A DNA stretch of 64,000 bases from Patescibacteria group bacterium (GTDB lineage Bacteria > Patescibacteriota > WWE3 > UBA101185 > UBA10185), in contig JBMORU010000001.1 in the NCBI GenBank assembly GCA_049322215.1, positions 836,023 to 900,022 of the forward strand, read 5' to 3'. A program made the position numbers and the translations under genes. The notes below the pieces were generated by a model that had not been told where the DNA came from, searched no databases, and saw nothing but the letters and a program-made list of their open reading frames with translations. Below, in pieces: positions 1 to 8,878 of this stretch (position 1 is the first letter of the stretch; each line of letters starts with the position of its first letter).

Positions 1-28
1 ATGCAAAGGGTATCATATACTAATATGT

Positions 29-1243
29 ATGCCCAATCTTAAAACTATTCAAGAAGCTTCGCAAGAGTTAGGAATATCAACAGATACATTAAGAAGATGG
101 GACAAAAAAGGCCTTATAAAATCAAAAAGAAATGAGTTAAATTACAGAGTTTTTGATACCGAAGAAATAGAGCGAATACAAAGTAAATTAAACGGCGATA
201 CTTCAAAAAACCACTTTAAAATATATAAAAATAAAAAAACTTATAACTATAAGGTTGTTGAGTTGTTTGCTGGTGCTGGTGGTACAGCATTAGGGTTTCA
301 TAATGCAGGTTTGCAACATGCATTGTTAATTGAAAATGATAAATTTTGCGTAGCAACATTAAAGAAAAATAAACCCAAGTGGAATATAGACGGTAGAGAC
401 ATAAGAACAGTTGATTATACGGGCATTAAGGCTGATATTGTAGAAGGGGGATTTCCATGCCAATCGTTTAGTTATGCTGGAAAAAGACAAGGTTTTGGAG
501 AAACAAGAGGTACTTTATTTTTTGAATTTGCGCGTGCAGTTGATGCGATTAAACCTAAAATTGCAGTTGCAGAAAATGTAAGGGGTTTAGAAACCCATGA
601 TGAAGGCAGAACATTAAAAACCATGTTACATACTTTAGAAAATCTTGGCTATAAAGTGGCGTATAAAATATTAAAAGCTCAGTATTTTGATGTACCTCAA
701 AAAAGAGAACGTATAATAATTATTGGAGTGCGCAAAAATCTAAATATTCCCATTTTGTTTCCCAAAGAAAAAAATTATATTGTAACTTTGCGAGAAGCAT
801 TGCAAAATGTACCAGAATCTGAAGGTCAAACATATTCAAAAGAAAAAGAAAAAATAATGAATCTAATTCCTCAAGGTGGTTATTGGAAAGACTTACCAGA
901 AGAACTTCAAAAATCTTATATGGGAGCAAGCTATTATCACACAGGAGGTAGAACAGGTATGGCTAGGCGTATGTCCTGGGATGAGCCCTCTCTAACATTA
1001 ACTACAAGTCCATCACAAAAGCAAACCGAAAGATGTCATCCAGAAGAAACTAGACCATTTACAGTCAGAGAATATGCAAGAATACAGACCTTTCCTGACG
1101 ACTGGGTATTTGAAGGGGGAATAACATCAAAATATAAACAAATTGGCAATGCCGTGCCAGTAAACCTAGGCTATCATATTGCAAATGGAATAATTAACAT
1201 GCTTGAGGGAAATATGGATAAAGACAATTTTGTTATTGTGTAG
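29..1243 (+). CDS. DNA (cytosine-5)-methyltransferase with N-terminal MerR/excisionase-like HTH domain
   Basis: Motif I FAGAGG, motif IV PCQSFSYAG, ENV, C-terminal QIGNAVPV; N-terminal 'ISTDTLRRWDKKGLI' HTH. Confidence 0.9.
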   Translation: MPNLKTIQEASQELGISTDTLRRWDKKGLIKSKRNELNYRVFDTEEIERIQSKLNGDTSKNHFKIYKNKKTYNYKVVELFAGAGGTALGFHNAGLQHALLIENDKFCVATLKKNKPKWNIDGRDIRTVDYTGIKADIVEGGFPCQSFSYAGKRQGFGETRGTLFFEFARAVDAIKPKIAVAENVRGLETHDEGRTLKTMLHTLENLGYKVAYKILKAQYFDVPQKRERIIIIGVRKNLNIPILFPKEKNYIVTLREALQNVPESEGQTYSKEKEKIMNLIPQGGYWKDLPEELQKSYMGASYYHTGGRTGMARRMSWDEPSLTLTTSPSQKQTERCHPEETRPFTVREYARIQTFPDDWVFEGGITSKYKQIGNAVPVNLGYHIANGIINMLEGNMDKDNFVIV

Positions 1244-1422
1244 TTTTACCTAAACAAACTCTTACTATCTTGTATCTCTTTACTTAGTTTTTCAATTACT
1301 TCCTCAAGTAAATCTTTAGCATCAGACCCCACAGCAATATCCCATAGCACATTTACCGGTTAAACACTTTGTAGTATAATACTAATGGTTCCTTTCCATT
1401 CCTTTTCTTTTAGTTTCTAGGG

Positions 1423-1434
1423 CGACATATGTCG
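1423..1434. promoter_or_regulatory. Perfect 12-bp palindrome CGACATATGTCG between the MTase gene and the next ORF
   Basis: Read directly from sequence; function unknown. Confidence 0.3.
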
Positions 1435-1463
1435 TTCAAGTTAATAATTTAGTATAAAAGAAA

Positions 1464-1494
1464 TCCGTGGAAAACCACGGAATTTTTGTTTTTT
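1464..1494 (+). terminator. Rho-independent terminator-like hairpin (TCCGTGG-AAAA-CCACGGA) followed by a T-run
   Basis: GC stem plus TTTTTGTTTTTT immediately before the RBS of the next ORF. Confidence 0.5.
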
Positions 1495-1509
1495 AGGAGG
1501 TGAGTAAGT

Positions 1510-1806
1510 ATGGAAAAAAATAAAAGCTTAATAATGGGTATTTGGAAGTTTCATGAAAGAGTTGGCGAAAAAGACCTTATTGAAGTTGCAAACGAATGGG
1601 CTAAAGACGAGAGATATGTTCAACTATACATTAGAAAAGTAAGCAAAGATCAAAATGGTATTGGGTTTGCCTATGAAAGCGATGGTACAAAAGAATCGCA
1701 TGATGTCTACTTTCACAATGCTTCTGATGGACTAAAAAGAAAATTTGGCAACGACTTAGTAGGTTGGGATATAGCTTCTACCTCAACTTTAGTAAAAGGA
1801 TTTTAG
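1510..1806 (+). CDS. hypothetical protein (98 aa)
   Basis: ORF preceded by AGGAGG RBS; no recognisable motif. Confidence 0.45.
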   Translation: MEKNKSLIMGIWKFHERVGEKDLIEVANEWAKDERYVQLYIRKVSKDQNGIGFAYESDGTKESHDVYFHNASDGLKRKFGNDLVGWDIASTSTLVKGF

Positions 1807-1848
1807 TGAGGTAGTAAGGTGGAGAGGAACCACCTAAAGCTTAAATTG

Positions 1849-3066
1849 TTAACCAAACATCAACAACTCAGGTTTAAATATAAGCAGTAACCCCACAATA
1901 AGCATAAGAATACCCCCTATTAAATGCGAAACACGACTATATTTAGTACTTATACCCGTCATTTCTAAGGTTATCATTGCTGTAAAAAAAACGAATAAGT
2001 CATCTAACATAAATACTAAAATATATAAAAGCATGTAAGCATAGTATTGCCACTGAGCTAAATTACTTAGTGTGAGTATTTGAGTAAAAACTACAGGTAA
2101 TCCCGCCGAACATATTAATTCTACTAAGTTAACTGCAAACGCCAAAAGAATAATTCCACCTAAAGCTATAAAAAATTGTTTTTGGTGTGTGATATTTTTT
2201 AACTTCTCAAAAACTAATTTCCTTTTTTCACCGCCAGTAACTTTACAACCACTATCTTTATTTGTAAAAAATTCTTTAAGATTATAGCCACCTCCACCTA
2301 TTGCTACTATACCAATTAGTATTCGTACCCAAACTATAAACCCAATAAACAAAAGTAAGTTTAACCAAGCAGCCATGAATAAAAAGTAAACAAACGCAGA
2401 AGCAACAATAAATGCTGTACCTAAAATCCAACGTCTTTTTTTGTCTTTCATACCTAAAAGCAAACTAATTAAGAATAGAAGCGTCCACATAGCACAAGGA
2501 TTAAAACCATCTAACCCACCAAGAACAACTGTTAAAACAGGTAAAGATAAGTTTTTAGGGTTTACTTTTCCTATAATGGGTAGGTTAAGCTCTGCGGGTA
2601 TAGCATCAGGTTGAACTTTATCCGGCACTGGTTGTGTAGGACTGTCAGGAGGTGTGTGAACAGAAGCTAAAATTTCATCCACAATATCTCGGCTATCATT
2701 TGCTAAAGCAAGTTGAACAGCATTTTCAATATCTTTTCCTGTGGTTTCTTCACTTAACCACCCTGTAAAATGCTTTTCTCCAACAACAGTAAAAGGTACT
2801 CCAGAAACTTTTATACCCAGGTTGTTTCCTACTTCAATAAGTAACTTCCTGTTTTCGCTGCTTCCCCAAGTTTCAAAGTCATTAACTTTAACTTCGGGAT
2901 ACTTTTTTTCTAACTCTTCTAAGAAGGGCTTTTCGTTAGCACAATGGGGGCAACCGTCTCCCCAAAAGAAATAAATATTAACTACTTTTTCTTGGGCAAA
3001 GGCAGGTTTAGCTAATAAAAGAAAAAGTATTAACCCAAATGAAATTTTAGACAGTTTTTTAAGCAT
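1849..3066 (-). CDS. thioredoxin-fold (CPHC) domain fused to a CcdA/DsbD-type transmembrane domain; secreted/membrane thiol-disulfide protein
   Basis: Signal peptide; WGDGCPHC redox motif; TM region with conserved Cys pair (GFNPCAMW ... ELICSAGLP) typical of the DsbD/CcdA core. Confidence 0.7.
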   Translation of the reverse strand: MLKKLSKISFGLILFLLLAKPAFAQEKVVNIYFFWGDGCPHCANEKPFLEELEKKYPEVKVNDFETWGSSENRKLLIEVGNNLGIKVSGVPFTVVGEKHFTGWLSEETTGKDIENAVQLALANDSRDIVDEILASVHTPPDSPTQPVPDKVQPDAIPAELNLPIIGKVNPKNLSLPVLTVVLGGLDGFNPCAMWTLLFLISLLLGMKDKKRRWILGTAFIVASAFVYFLFMAAWLNLLLFIGFIVWVRILIGIVAIGGGGYNLKEFFTNKDSGCKVTGGEKRKLVFEKLKNITHQKQFFIALGGIILLAFAVNLVELICSAGLPVVFTQILTLSNLAQWQYYAYMLLYILVFMLDDLFVFFTAMITLEMTGISTKYSRVSHLIGGILMLIVGLLLIFKPELLMFG

Positions 3067-3070
3067 TGTT

Positions 3071-3340
3071 TTATTTATCCTTGTTTTCTAAAATTATTTC
3101 AACAAGTTTGCTTTTTTCTATTTCGCCTTGAAGTCTTAAAAACTCGTTTTCATTCTTATCAAGAAAAACAAAGGTAGGAAGGTTTTCATCAATCTTGTGT
3201 TTTTCTACCATTTCTCTGTTATCATCGTAATCGTACATTTCAGTTTTTAGCCATGAATGTTCTTTTTCAATTTCAGCCCACCTTGGCTTCATAACTAAAC
3301 AACCTGAACACCATACAGCTCCAAATTTTAATACTTTCAT
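3071..3340 (-). CDS. thioredoxin-family protein (WCSGC)
   Basis: CxxC motif WCSGC in an 89-aa thioredoxin-like frame. Confidence 0.65.
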   Translation of the reverse strand: MKVLKFGAVWCSGCLVMKPRWAEIEKEHSWLKTEMYDYDDNREMVEKHKIDENLPTFVFLDKNENEFLRLQGEIEKSKLVEIILENKDK

Positions 3341-3372
3341 ACTTTACCTCCAATAAAAAGCTAAATAGAGCT

Positions 3373-4353
3373 TTATAAAATCCAATTAAATAAGTATCCC
3401 ATAAAGATAATTCCCACAATAGTTATACCGAAAAAGGTAAAAAGTAGTTGTTTTTTCATCAATTTTGCTAGCATTAAGCCTTCTGGAATGGATATAGTCA
3501 CAGTTGCAGTCATAAAGGCTAGTGCTGATCCCATTGGTATTCCTTTGCCTACTAAAACCTCAACTATGGGAATAATCCCTATAGAATTAGCATAAAGTGG
3601 CGCCCCTAAAAATACAACGCCTGGTACAACCCACCACTCTTTAAGAGATAAATATTTTGTAACTAAATCTTCGGGAACAAATCCATGAATTAAAGCCCCA
3701 ATACCAACACCTAGTAAAACATATGGAAAGATTTTTTTAGTTATACCGGCGGCTTCGCTTGCCCAATACTTTAGTAGATTCTTAAGGGGAACTTTTTGAC
3801 CATTATATGTAGCCTCAACTTGAGCTTTAGATTTAAACTTTAGAAATTCTGGTTGAACATATTTCTCCATTTTAAGCTTATGAATTAGCATTCCTCCCAT
3901 AACTGCGATAATTATTCCTACAACGTTATATAAAATAGTAACTTTTAAGCCAAATATTGCCGGAAACAAATAAAGAGAGGCTTCATTAACTAGGGGAGAG
4001 CTAATGAGAAAAGCAAAAGTAATGCCTAATGGAATACCTGCAGATAGAAATCCTATAAAAAGCGGTATAGAAGAACATGAACAAAACGGTGTTATAACAC
4101 CTAACACTGCTGCAAGTAGGTAGTCTAAACCATACCAATTTCTTTTAGTTAGAATATCTCGAACCTTTTCCATAGGAAAGTAATAACGCGTAATTGCCAT
4201 AATGTAGTTGATAACAATAAGAAGTAAGCCAATTTTTATGACATCGTAAATAAAAAAGTTTACTGTATCTCCCCAGTAAGAATCTTGTGAAATAGAGAAC
4301 CAATCATAAGTCACACTGTTCGCAAAGGTTTGGACTGAGGCAAAAATCTCCAT
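3373..4353 (-). CDS. DUF318/ArsP-like permease
   Basis: Polytopic membrane protein carrying TPFCSCSSIP, which matches the ArsP signature motif. Confidence 0.7.
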   Translation of the reverse strand: MEIFASVQTFANSVTYDWFSISQDSYWGDTVNFFIYDVIKIGLLLIVINYIMAITRYYFPMEKVRDILTKRNWYGLDYLLAAVLGVITPFCSCSSIPLFIGFLSAGIPLGITFAFLISSPLVNEASLYLFPAIFGLKVTILYNVVGIIIAVMGGMLIHKLKMEKYVQPEFLKFKSKAQVEATYNGQKVPLKNLLKYWASEAAGITKKIFPYVLLGVGIGALIHGFVPEDLVTKYLSLKEWWVVPGVVFLGAPLYANSIGIIPIVEVLVGKGIPMGSALAFMTATVTISIPEGLMLAKLMKKQLLFTFFGITIVGIIFMGYLFNWIL

Positions 4354-4357
4354 ACAA

Positions 4358-4612
4358 TTATTTTTCCTGTGTATCTAAAATTTTTTGTTTAATCTTGTTT
4401 AGGTCAGATATAAAACCAACCAGTGCTACTTTTTTATCTACCACTAAGACCGGACTACTCATTTGATTCAGTTCAATAATTTTCTGCATACCCTCAGTAC
4501 CAGTAATGTATTCAATTTCTGCTTCTAATTTTTCGTTCTGAACTACTTTTTGCACTATTTCATAAAGTTTTTTGCAGGTAGGGCACCCCGTACCTAACAC
4601 TTGTATCTTCAT
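4358..4612 (-). CDS. redox-active disulfide protein 2-like small thioredoxin-fold protein (CPTC)
   Basis: 84 aa with GTGCPTCKK motif; typical companion of DUF318 permeases and ArsR. Confidence 0.65.
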   Translation of the reverse strand: MKIQVLGTGCPTCKKLYEIVQKVVQNEKLEAEIEYITGTEGMQKIIELNQMSSPVLVVDKKVALVGFISDLNKIKQKILDTQEK

Positions 4613-4935
4613 AAATTTATCTCCGTGGGAATTTGAAATAATAAATCTGTGATTGTTTTACCTTTTTCTGTATAAGAGTAATACACGCGAACACCACGTT
4701 TTTCATCTTGCAAAATACCCATTTCTTTTAAGTCTTTTAGATGGTGTGAAATAAGGCTTTGTGACATATCAAGGTGTTTCATAATTTCATAAACACAATG
4801 GGAACCTTGTCTTAAAATGCATAAAATTTTTAGACGGCTTTCTTCAGAAACTAATTTTAAGATATTAGAAAGACTGCTTACATATTTGGACTCTTCAGTA
4901 CTAGGTTTGCAGCAACTATATGAATGCATGTTCAT
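4609..4935 (-). CDS. ArsR/SmtB-family metalloregulator
   Basis: HTH 'VYEIMKHLDMSQSLISHHLKDLKEMGIL'; N-terminal CC pair; ATGA overlap with downstream gene. Confidence 0.85.
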   Translation of the reverse strand: MNMHSYSCCKPSTEESKYVSSLSNILKLVSEESRLKILCILRQGSHCVYEIMKHLDMSQSLISHHLKDLKEMGILQDEKRGVRVYYSYTEKGKTITDLLFQIPTEINL

Positions 4936-4953
4936 ATAATATTCCTAAAAAAG

Positions 4954-4971
4954 TTGAAGTCAATATTTCAA
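4954..4971. promoter_or_regulatory. Candidate ArsR-type operator: imperfect inverted repeat TTGAAgtcaatatTTCAA in the divergent promoter region
   Basis: TGAA..TTCA-type inverted repeat 19-36 bp upstream of the arsR start. Confidence 0.35.
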
Positions 4972-5000
4972 AACACGCTACTATATTGTTTAGGGAAAAC

Positions 5001-5008
5001 TGTATAAT
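5001..5008 (+). promoter_or_regulatory. Extended -10 (TGTATAAT) placed 6 nt before the ATG: predicted leaderless promoter for the 5015 gene
   Basis: TGTATAAT-ataaca-ATG with no SD sequence. Confidence 0.4.
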
Positions 5009-5014
5009 ATAACA

Positions 5015-6355
5015 ATGAGCGGAGAACAATTTATTCCACCAGAAGCAATTCAAGAATTAATAGAAAAGGATTTGGCAAATGACGATGGTAAAAATACAGT
5101 GCAACGAGCGGGAGAGTACTACCCAAAAGCTACAAAAGATGCGTTTGAAAGAAGGGAATATTTTCTTGAGTATAGAAGCGCCGACTTAGAGAGCTTAATT
5201 GGAAGAGAACTACAATTTCCAATAGAGGCTTCTGAGAGTCAGATAGCAGAAGAATTAGATTTAGCAACACTATTCATTGTTTCTGAACTAACACAAGGCA
5301 AGTGGAAAGACGACTTTTTAAAAGAATACTACGGCGAATACTATACGCAATTAGCCGAAGGAAAAGATTCAAACAAACTAATTAATGACATAATAGAAAA
5401 TGATGGTAGAGAAGTAATTATTCAAGAGCTTACAGGTTTTTTTGTAGAGGGAATAAATAAAGAACTTGAAAAAGCAGAAAAACATCAATACGGCACACTA
5501 ACATCTGGTTTAGAGTTAGAAGTTGTACCAACAGATTTATCGAGTAAAAAAGCGCTAAAAGAGCAGGTAGCTCAAATAGATACATTGCAAGATATAGGTT
5601 ACCCAATAATGCTAGATATGTTAAGAGAAATACCTTTACCAAAATCCCCTTCAGCACACGAACAACTAAAAGCAACCTTAGAACTTATCGAAATGGGAAT
5701 GATAAAACCAAATCAAGAAATTGCCATTCACTTGAATTTTGGAGGTTTTGAGCGTTTTGACCAAGATTTTTTCATGCTGGATCAAATTATACGAACTTCT
5801 AATCTTTTTGGAATTGAAATTAATCCTTGGGATTCAGACGAACCCCCTGAAGAAGCCCGAAAGCCTTTGTATGAAGAAGATGTTTTTTCACCTATGGGTT
5901 TTCCATTTAAAGTAAGAGAAGATGGTGTAATTGAGTTTAGAGGACTCCCCCAAATGATTGACTACAAATCTTATGCTAAAGGCATAAAAACAGTAGAATC
6001 CTTATGCGAATCGCTTGCAGCTTATCAAAGGCAAGACTTAGGTAAAGAAGATAAAACAGGCAAAGATGCCGAGTTAGCCGCTGTTTGGAAAGATTTGCGA
6101 AATAATACAAGGCACAACTTTGGCACGTGGTTTCATTACGGAGAAATTGATTCTTACTATAACTTTGAGGATGCAGAAGAATACTGGAAACATGTTTCAA
6201 GACTAAAAATAAAAGTGGCTACAGTGGGCATGGACAGAGAAACATTACAGGAAAACAAAAGAAGAAGCGAAACTATTCACAACGACGTAGTAGAAGCACG
6301 TATTAAAGCTAGTAAGCTGCTTAAAGATGCCCACAAAAAGGGGGGAATTGATTAG
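5015..6355 (+). CDS. hypothetical cytoplasmic protein (446 aa, acidic)
   Basis: Long uninterrupted ORF, no recognisable motif. Confidence 0.5.
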   Translation: MSGEQFIPPEAIQELIEKDLANDDGKNTVQRAGEYYPKATKDAFERREYFLEYRSADLESLIGRELQFPIEASESQIAEELDLATLFIVSELTQGKWKDDFLKEYYGEYYTQLAEGKDSNKLINDIIENDGREVIIQELTGFFVEGINKELEKAEKHQYGTLTSGLELEVVPTDLSSKKALKEQVAQIDTLQDIGYPIMLDMLREIPLPKSPSAHEQLKATLELIEMGMIKPNQEIAIHLNFGGFERFDQDFFMLDQIIRTSNLFGIEINPWDSDEPPEEARKPLYEEDVFSPMGFPFKVREDGVIEFRGLPQMIDYKSYAKGIKTVESLCESLAAYQRQDLGKEDKTGKDAELAAVWKDLRNNTRHNFGTWFHYGEIDSYYNFEDAEEYWKHVSRLKIKVATVGMDRETLQENKRRSETIHNDVVEARIKASKLLKDAHKKGGID

Positions 6356-6408
6356 AAAAATGCCGACATCACATAATAAATACATGATACCGGCATATAC
6401 AGTTATTC

Positions 6409-7155
6409 TTAACAAATAAAGTGCGCAAAAAGACCCCAAACACCTGAGATATTTGGTTCGCACAAACCTCGAGTATAAAAGTAAAAAATTAAGCAATCTT
6501 CTGCTATGTAAATACTCAAAAGTAAAACGAACCCGGCAAATGGAATAATTAACCACCTTATCCAAGACTCTACCGTTGCATACTTTTTTGGCACTTCAGA
6601 AGACTTTATGCGTAAAAGATTTCTGAATACGAGTGTTAGGCCAACAAACATACTCACAAAGTATACGTATACAAGGTTTAGTACCCAGGCATTTATCTTA
6701 AAACTTGGTCCCAGGTTGATGTAGTTAAACCTAAATAGCAGCTCCCAATCGTTAGTCATGGTAGTTAGCCCAATTCCACTAACAAATGCCATAACCGCAA
6801 TGCTGGCTCCCAAAAAAATAGAAGCCAAGCGCCGGTTTTTTTCTTTGTATGCCATTAAAGCAAGAATTGCTAAGGCAAATGGGCTAACTAATACGCCCAA
6901 TACAAAGGTTAAAAAAATGGCAGCGAGAACAATCCATATAAAAGTCCCTCCTAAAGCTTCGCCCCCATCAATTGAAAACCCTGAATTTGGTTTAAACGAT
7001 CCGGTTACTGCATCAACAGCCCCAATTTGGGAACCGCTTGAGTTAAACACATTTCCAACGTGTGAAACCCCGCTGTTAAACCCATCAAAATGCCCATTGG
7101 CTATTTGCCCAATAGGGTTACCCGAGGAATCGAAAACATTAAAACCCTTTGACAT
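6409..7155 (-). CDS. hypothetical membrane protein with Gly/Ser/Asn-rich N-terminal region
   Basis: Several hydrophobic helices; low-complexity N-terminus; preferred over the overlapping plus-strand shadow ORF. Confidence 0.45.
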   Translation of the reverse strand: MSKGFNVFDSSGNPIGQIANGHFDGFNSGVSHVGNVFNSSGSQIGAVDAVTGSFKPNSGFSIDGGEALGGTFIWIVLAAIFLTFVLGVLVSPFALAILALMAYKEKNRRLASIFLGASIAVMAFVSGIGLTTMTNDWELLFRFNYINLGPSFKINAWVLNLVYVYFVSMFVGLTLVFRNLLRIKSSEVPKKYATVESWIRWLIIPFAGFVLLLSIYIAEDCLIFYFYTRGLCEPNISGVWGLFAHFIC

Positions 7156-7254
7156 GTTACTCTCCTTTTTTTTGCTTTTGTATGTGTGATATGTGTTGTA
7201 AAGGTGTTACTTTAGGAAAAATATAGCATTTTTTGCTAAATAAGCTTAAATGAG

Positions 7255-8829
7255 TCAATAAGTTACAGAAGATGCTGCCCTCTGCTTTTTGTTAAGTTCA
7301 ATTCTAACTTTATATCCATACTTATTAAAAAGATAAATAAGTTCCTCACCGTTAATAAGTTTAAGTGGCTTGTCTTTTGCAAATTCAAGAGAATCTTTAC
7401 CATAATAGCTTGTAGTTACTAATATGCCCTTTACAGCACCTTCGTTAAGCATAGTTCCATACAAATCTCTCACAGCACTAACTGGAACCAAATTGTTATA
7501 TCTCTTTGCTTGAATAACGTATTTTCCTCCCCTAATTGGATCTTGATCAAAAGCTATAGCATCAACACCTGCATCACGAGAGGCTCTTGTAACTTCGACC
7601 CTACATGTATCTGTAGAAAACATTTTTTGAACTAAATCTCTTACAAGTACTTCAAATTCTTGCCAGTCCATTATTGCAAGATTTACAGTTTCGTCTAACC
7701 CTTCAATTACACTCGATGCCTGAATAATCCTGTTATCTTCTGTATTCAGTTGCATTATTGGTTTTACTGGTGCCAATTTTGATAAAGACCCAGCAGTTAT
7801 ACCTTTTAAGTGTTTGAAGCAGTCAGTAGGTGCAACATTTATTAAATTTATGTCACCAAATTCTTCACGATTTACCTGTAAGCTTGCTATACAGTTATTG
7901 AATTTATTTCCAGTTTTAGAATCTATTCCTTCTACCCATCCATTTATTACTATTGTTTCAACATGATTATTATAGTCTGATTCGAAAACCTCATGAATTG
8001 TACGTAACAGAATTTGATATATAACTTCATTGTAAAACTGTTCGAATTCTTTAATACCCATTTTGACTTCTTCTATGGAATCTCTAGATCTAATATATTT
8101 AAACTCTTTGATATAAGGAACCTCTTCTGTATAAGGTAATGACATTTCTATAAGAAGCAGTTTAGAGTTTGATTCGTACGAAACTTCAGAAGATAAATTG
8201 AGCGTTTCAGGATACTCCGATCTATCTAGGACAGTTTCTATATAATGAACTACACCATCTCTTTCGCCTTTTTCATAGCTAGCCCTTTTTGCATCTATTT
8301 CTTCGTTAAAAGCCTTTTGTTGTAATTCAAAATCCGCTTTCTCTTTTTCATAAACTTCTTTACGGCGCTCTTCTATTTTTCCCCATTCTTCTTCTGCAAC
8401 GGCAAAACTCTCTTCTGCTTTTATTTCTGCATTTATTCGTTTTTCTTTAAATATGGGTACAAATTCTATAAAGCTTTTTTTAGGAACACCAATAAGAAAT
8501 TCTTCTTTTATTGGCTTTTCAGATGGGGCATAACTTTTGAAGATCTTATTGTTTTTTATACTTTCCCAATCAATTTTGTCATTTCTATCTAGCGTGTATT
8601 TCAAAATTGTTTTGTAAGAGTTAATTTCTTCTTGTGCTAATTTTGTTGAATTCAATGCTTCATTCTGGGATTTTTCTTTGGCTCTTAGGTTCTCATACTT
8701 TATATGCTGTTCTTCCCAAATCCTTTGCCTTTTTCTTACTTTTTCATCAAAGATAAATTTGTCATTAGATTTTATGAGAATGGTTTCTCCAGTGTAATCG
8801 TTAGTTAAATATGTTTGATAAGTTGCCAT
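7255..8829 (-). CDS. Mrr-cat (restriction endonuclease-like) domain protein with ~400-aa N-terminal coiled-coil/unknown region
   Basis: C-terminal 'DAGVDAIAFD...YVIQAKRY...GILVTTSYY' matches the Mrr catalytic-domain pattern (D..D...QxK). Confidence 0.7.
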   Translation of the reverse strand: MATYQTYLTNDYTGETILIKSNDKFIFDEKVRKRQRIWEEQHIKYENLRAKEKSQNEALNSTKLAQEEINSYKTILKYTLDRNDKIDWESIKNNKIFKSYAPSEKPIKEEFLIGVPKKSFIEFVPIFKEKRINAEIKAEESFAVAEEEWGKIEERRKEVYEKEKADFELQQKAFNEEIDAKRASYEKGERDGVVHYIETVLDRSEYPETLNLSSEVSYESNSKLLLIEMSLPYTEEVPYIKEFKYIRSRDSIEEVKMGIKEFEQFYNEVIYQILLRTIHEVFESDYNNHVETIVINGWVEGIDSKTGNKFNNCIASLQVNREEFGDINLINVAPTDCFKHLKGITAGSLSKLAPVKPIMQLNTEDNRIIQASSVIEGLDETVNLAIMDWQEFEVLVRDLVQKMFSTDTCRVEVTRASRDAGVDAIAFDQDPIRGGKYVIQAKRYNNLVPVSAVRDLYGTMLNEGAVKGILVTTSYYGKDSLEFAKDKPLKLINGEELIYLFNKYGYKVRIELNKKQRAASSVTY

Positions 8830-8878
8830 GACAATTTGATTATAGCACTAAGCTCTGTTAGTACATATCAAACTTACC

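Noticed and set aside
720-929. 69-aa minus-strand ORF inside the methyltransferase gene
   Set aside because: Antisense shadow of a well-supported CDS.
1248-1366. Short minus-strand reading frame (…WDIAVGSDAKDLLEEVIEKLSKEIQDSKSLFR*) convergent on the MTase
   Set aside because: Only ~32 codons after an in-frame stop with no ATG. It is possibly a decayed 3' remnant of a lost gene but is not supportable as a feature.
2741-2974. 77-aa plus-strand ORF inside the Trx-CcdA gene
   Set aside because: Shadow ORF.
5430-6565. Minus-strand ORFs 5430..5675, 5976..6200, 6245..6565
   Set aside because: Low-complexity shadow ORFs antisense to, or overlapping, better-supported genes.
6758-7189. 143-aa plus-strand ORF opposite the membrane protein 6409..7155
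   Set aside because: The minus-strand frame has TM helices and a conventional start. The plus frame is Pro/Ala-rich shadow.
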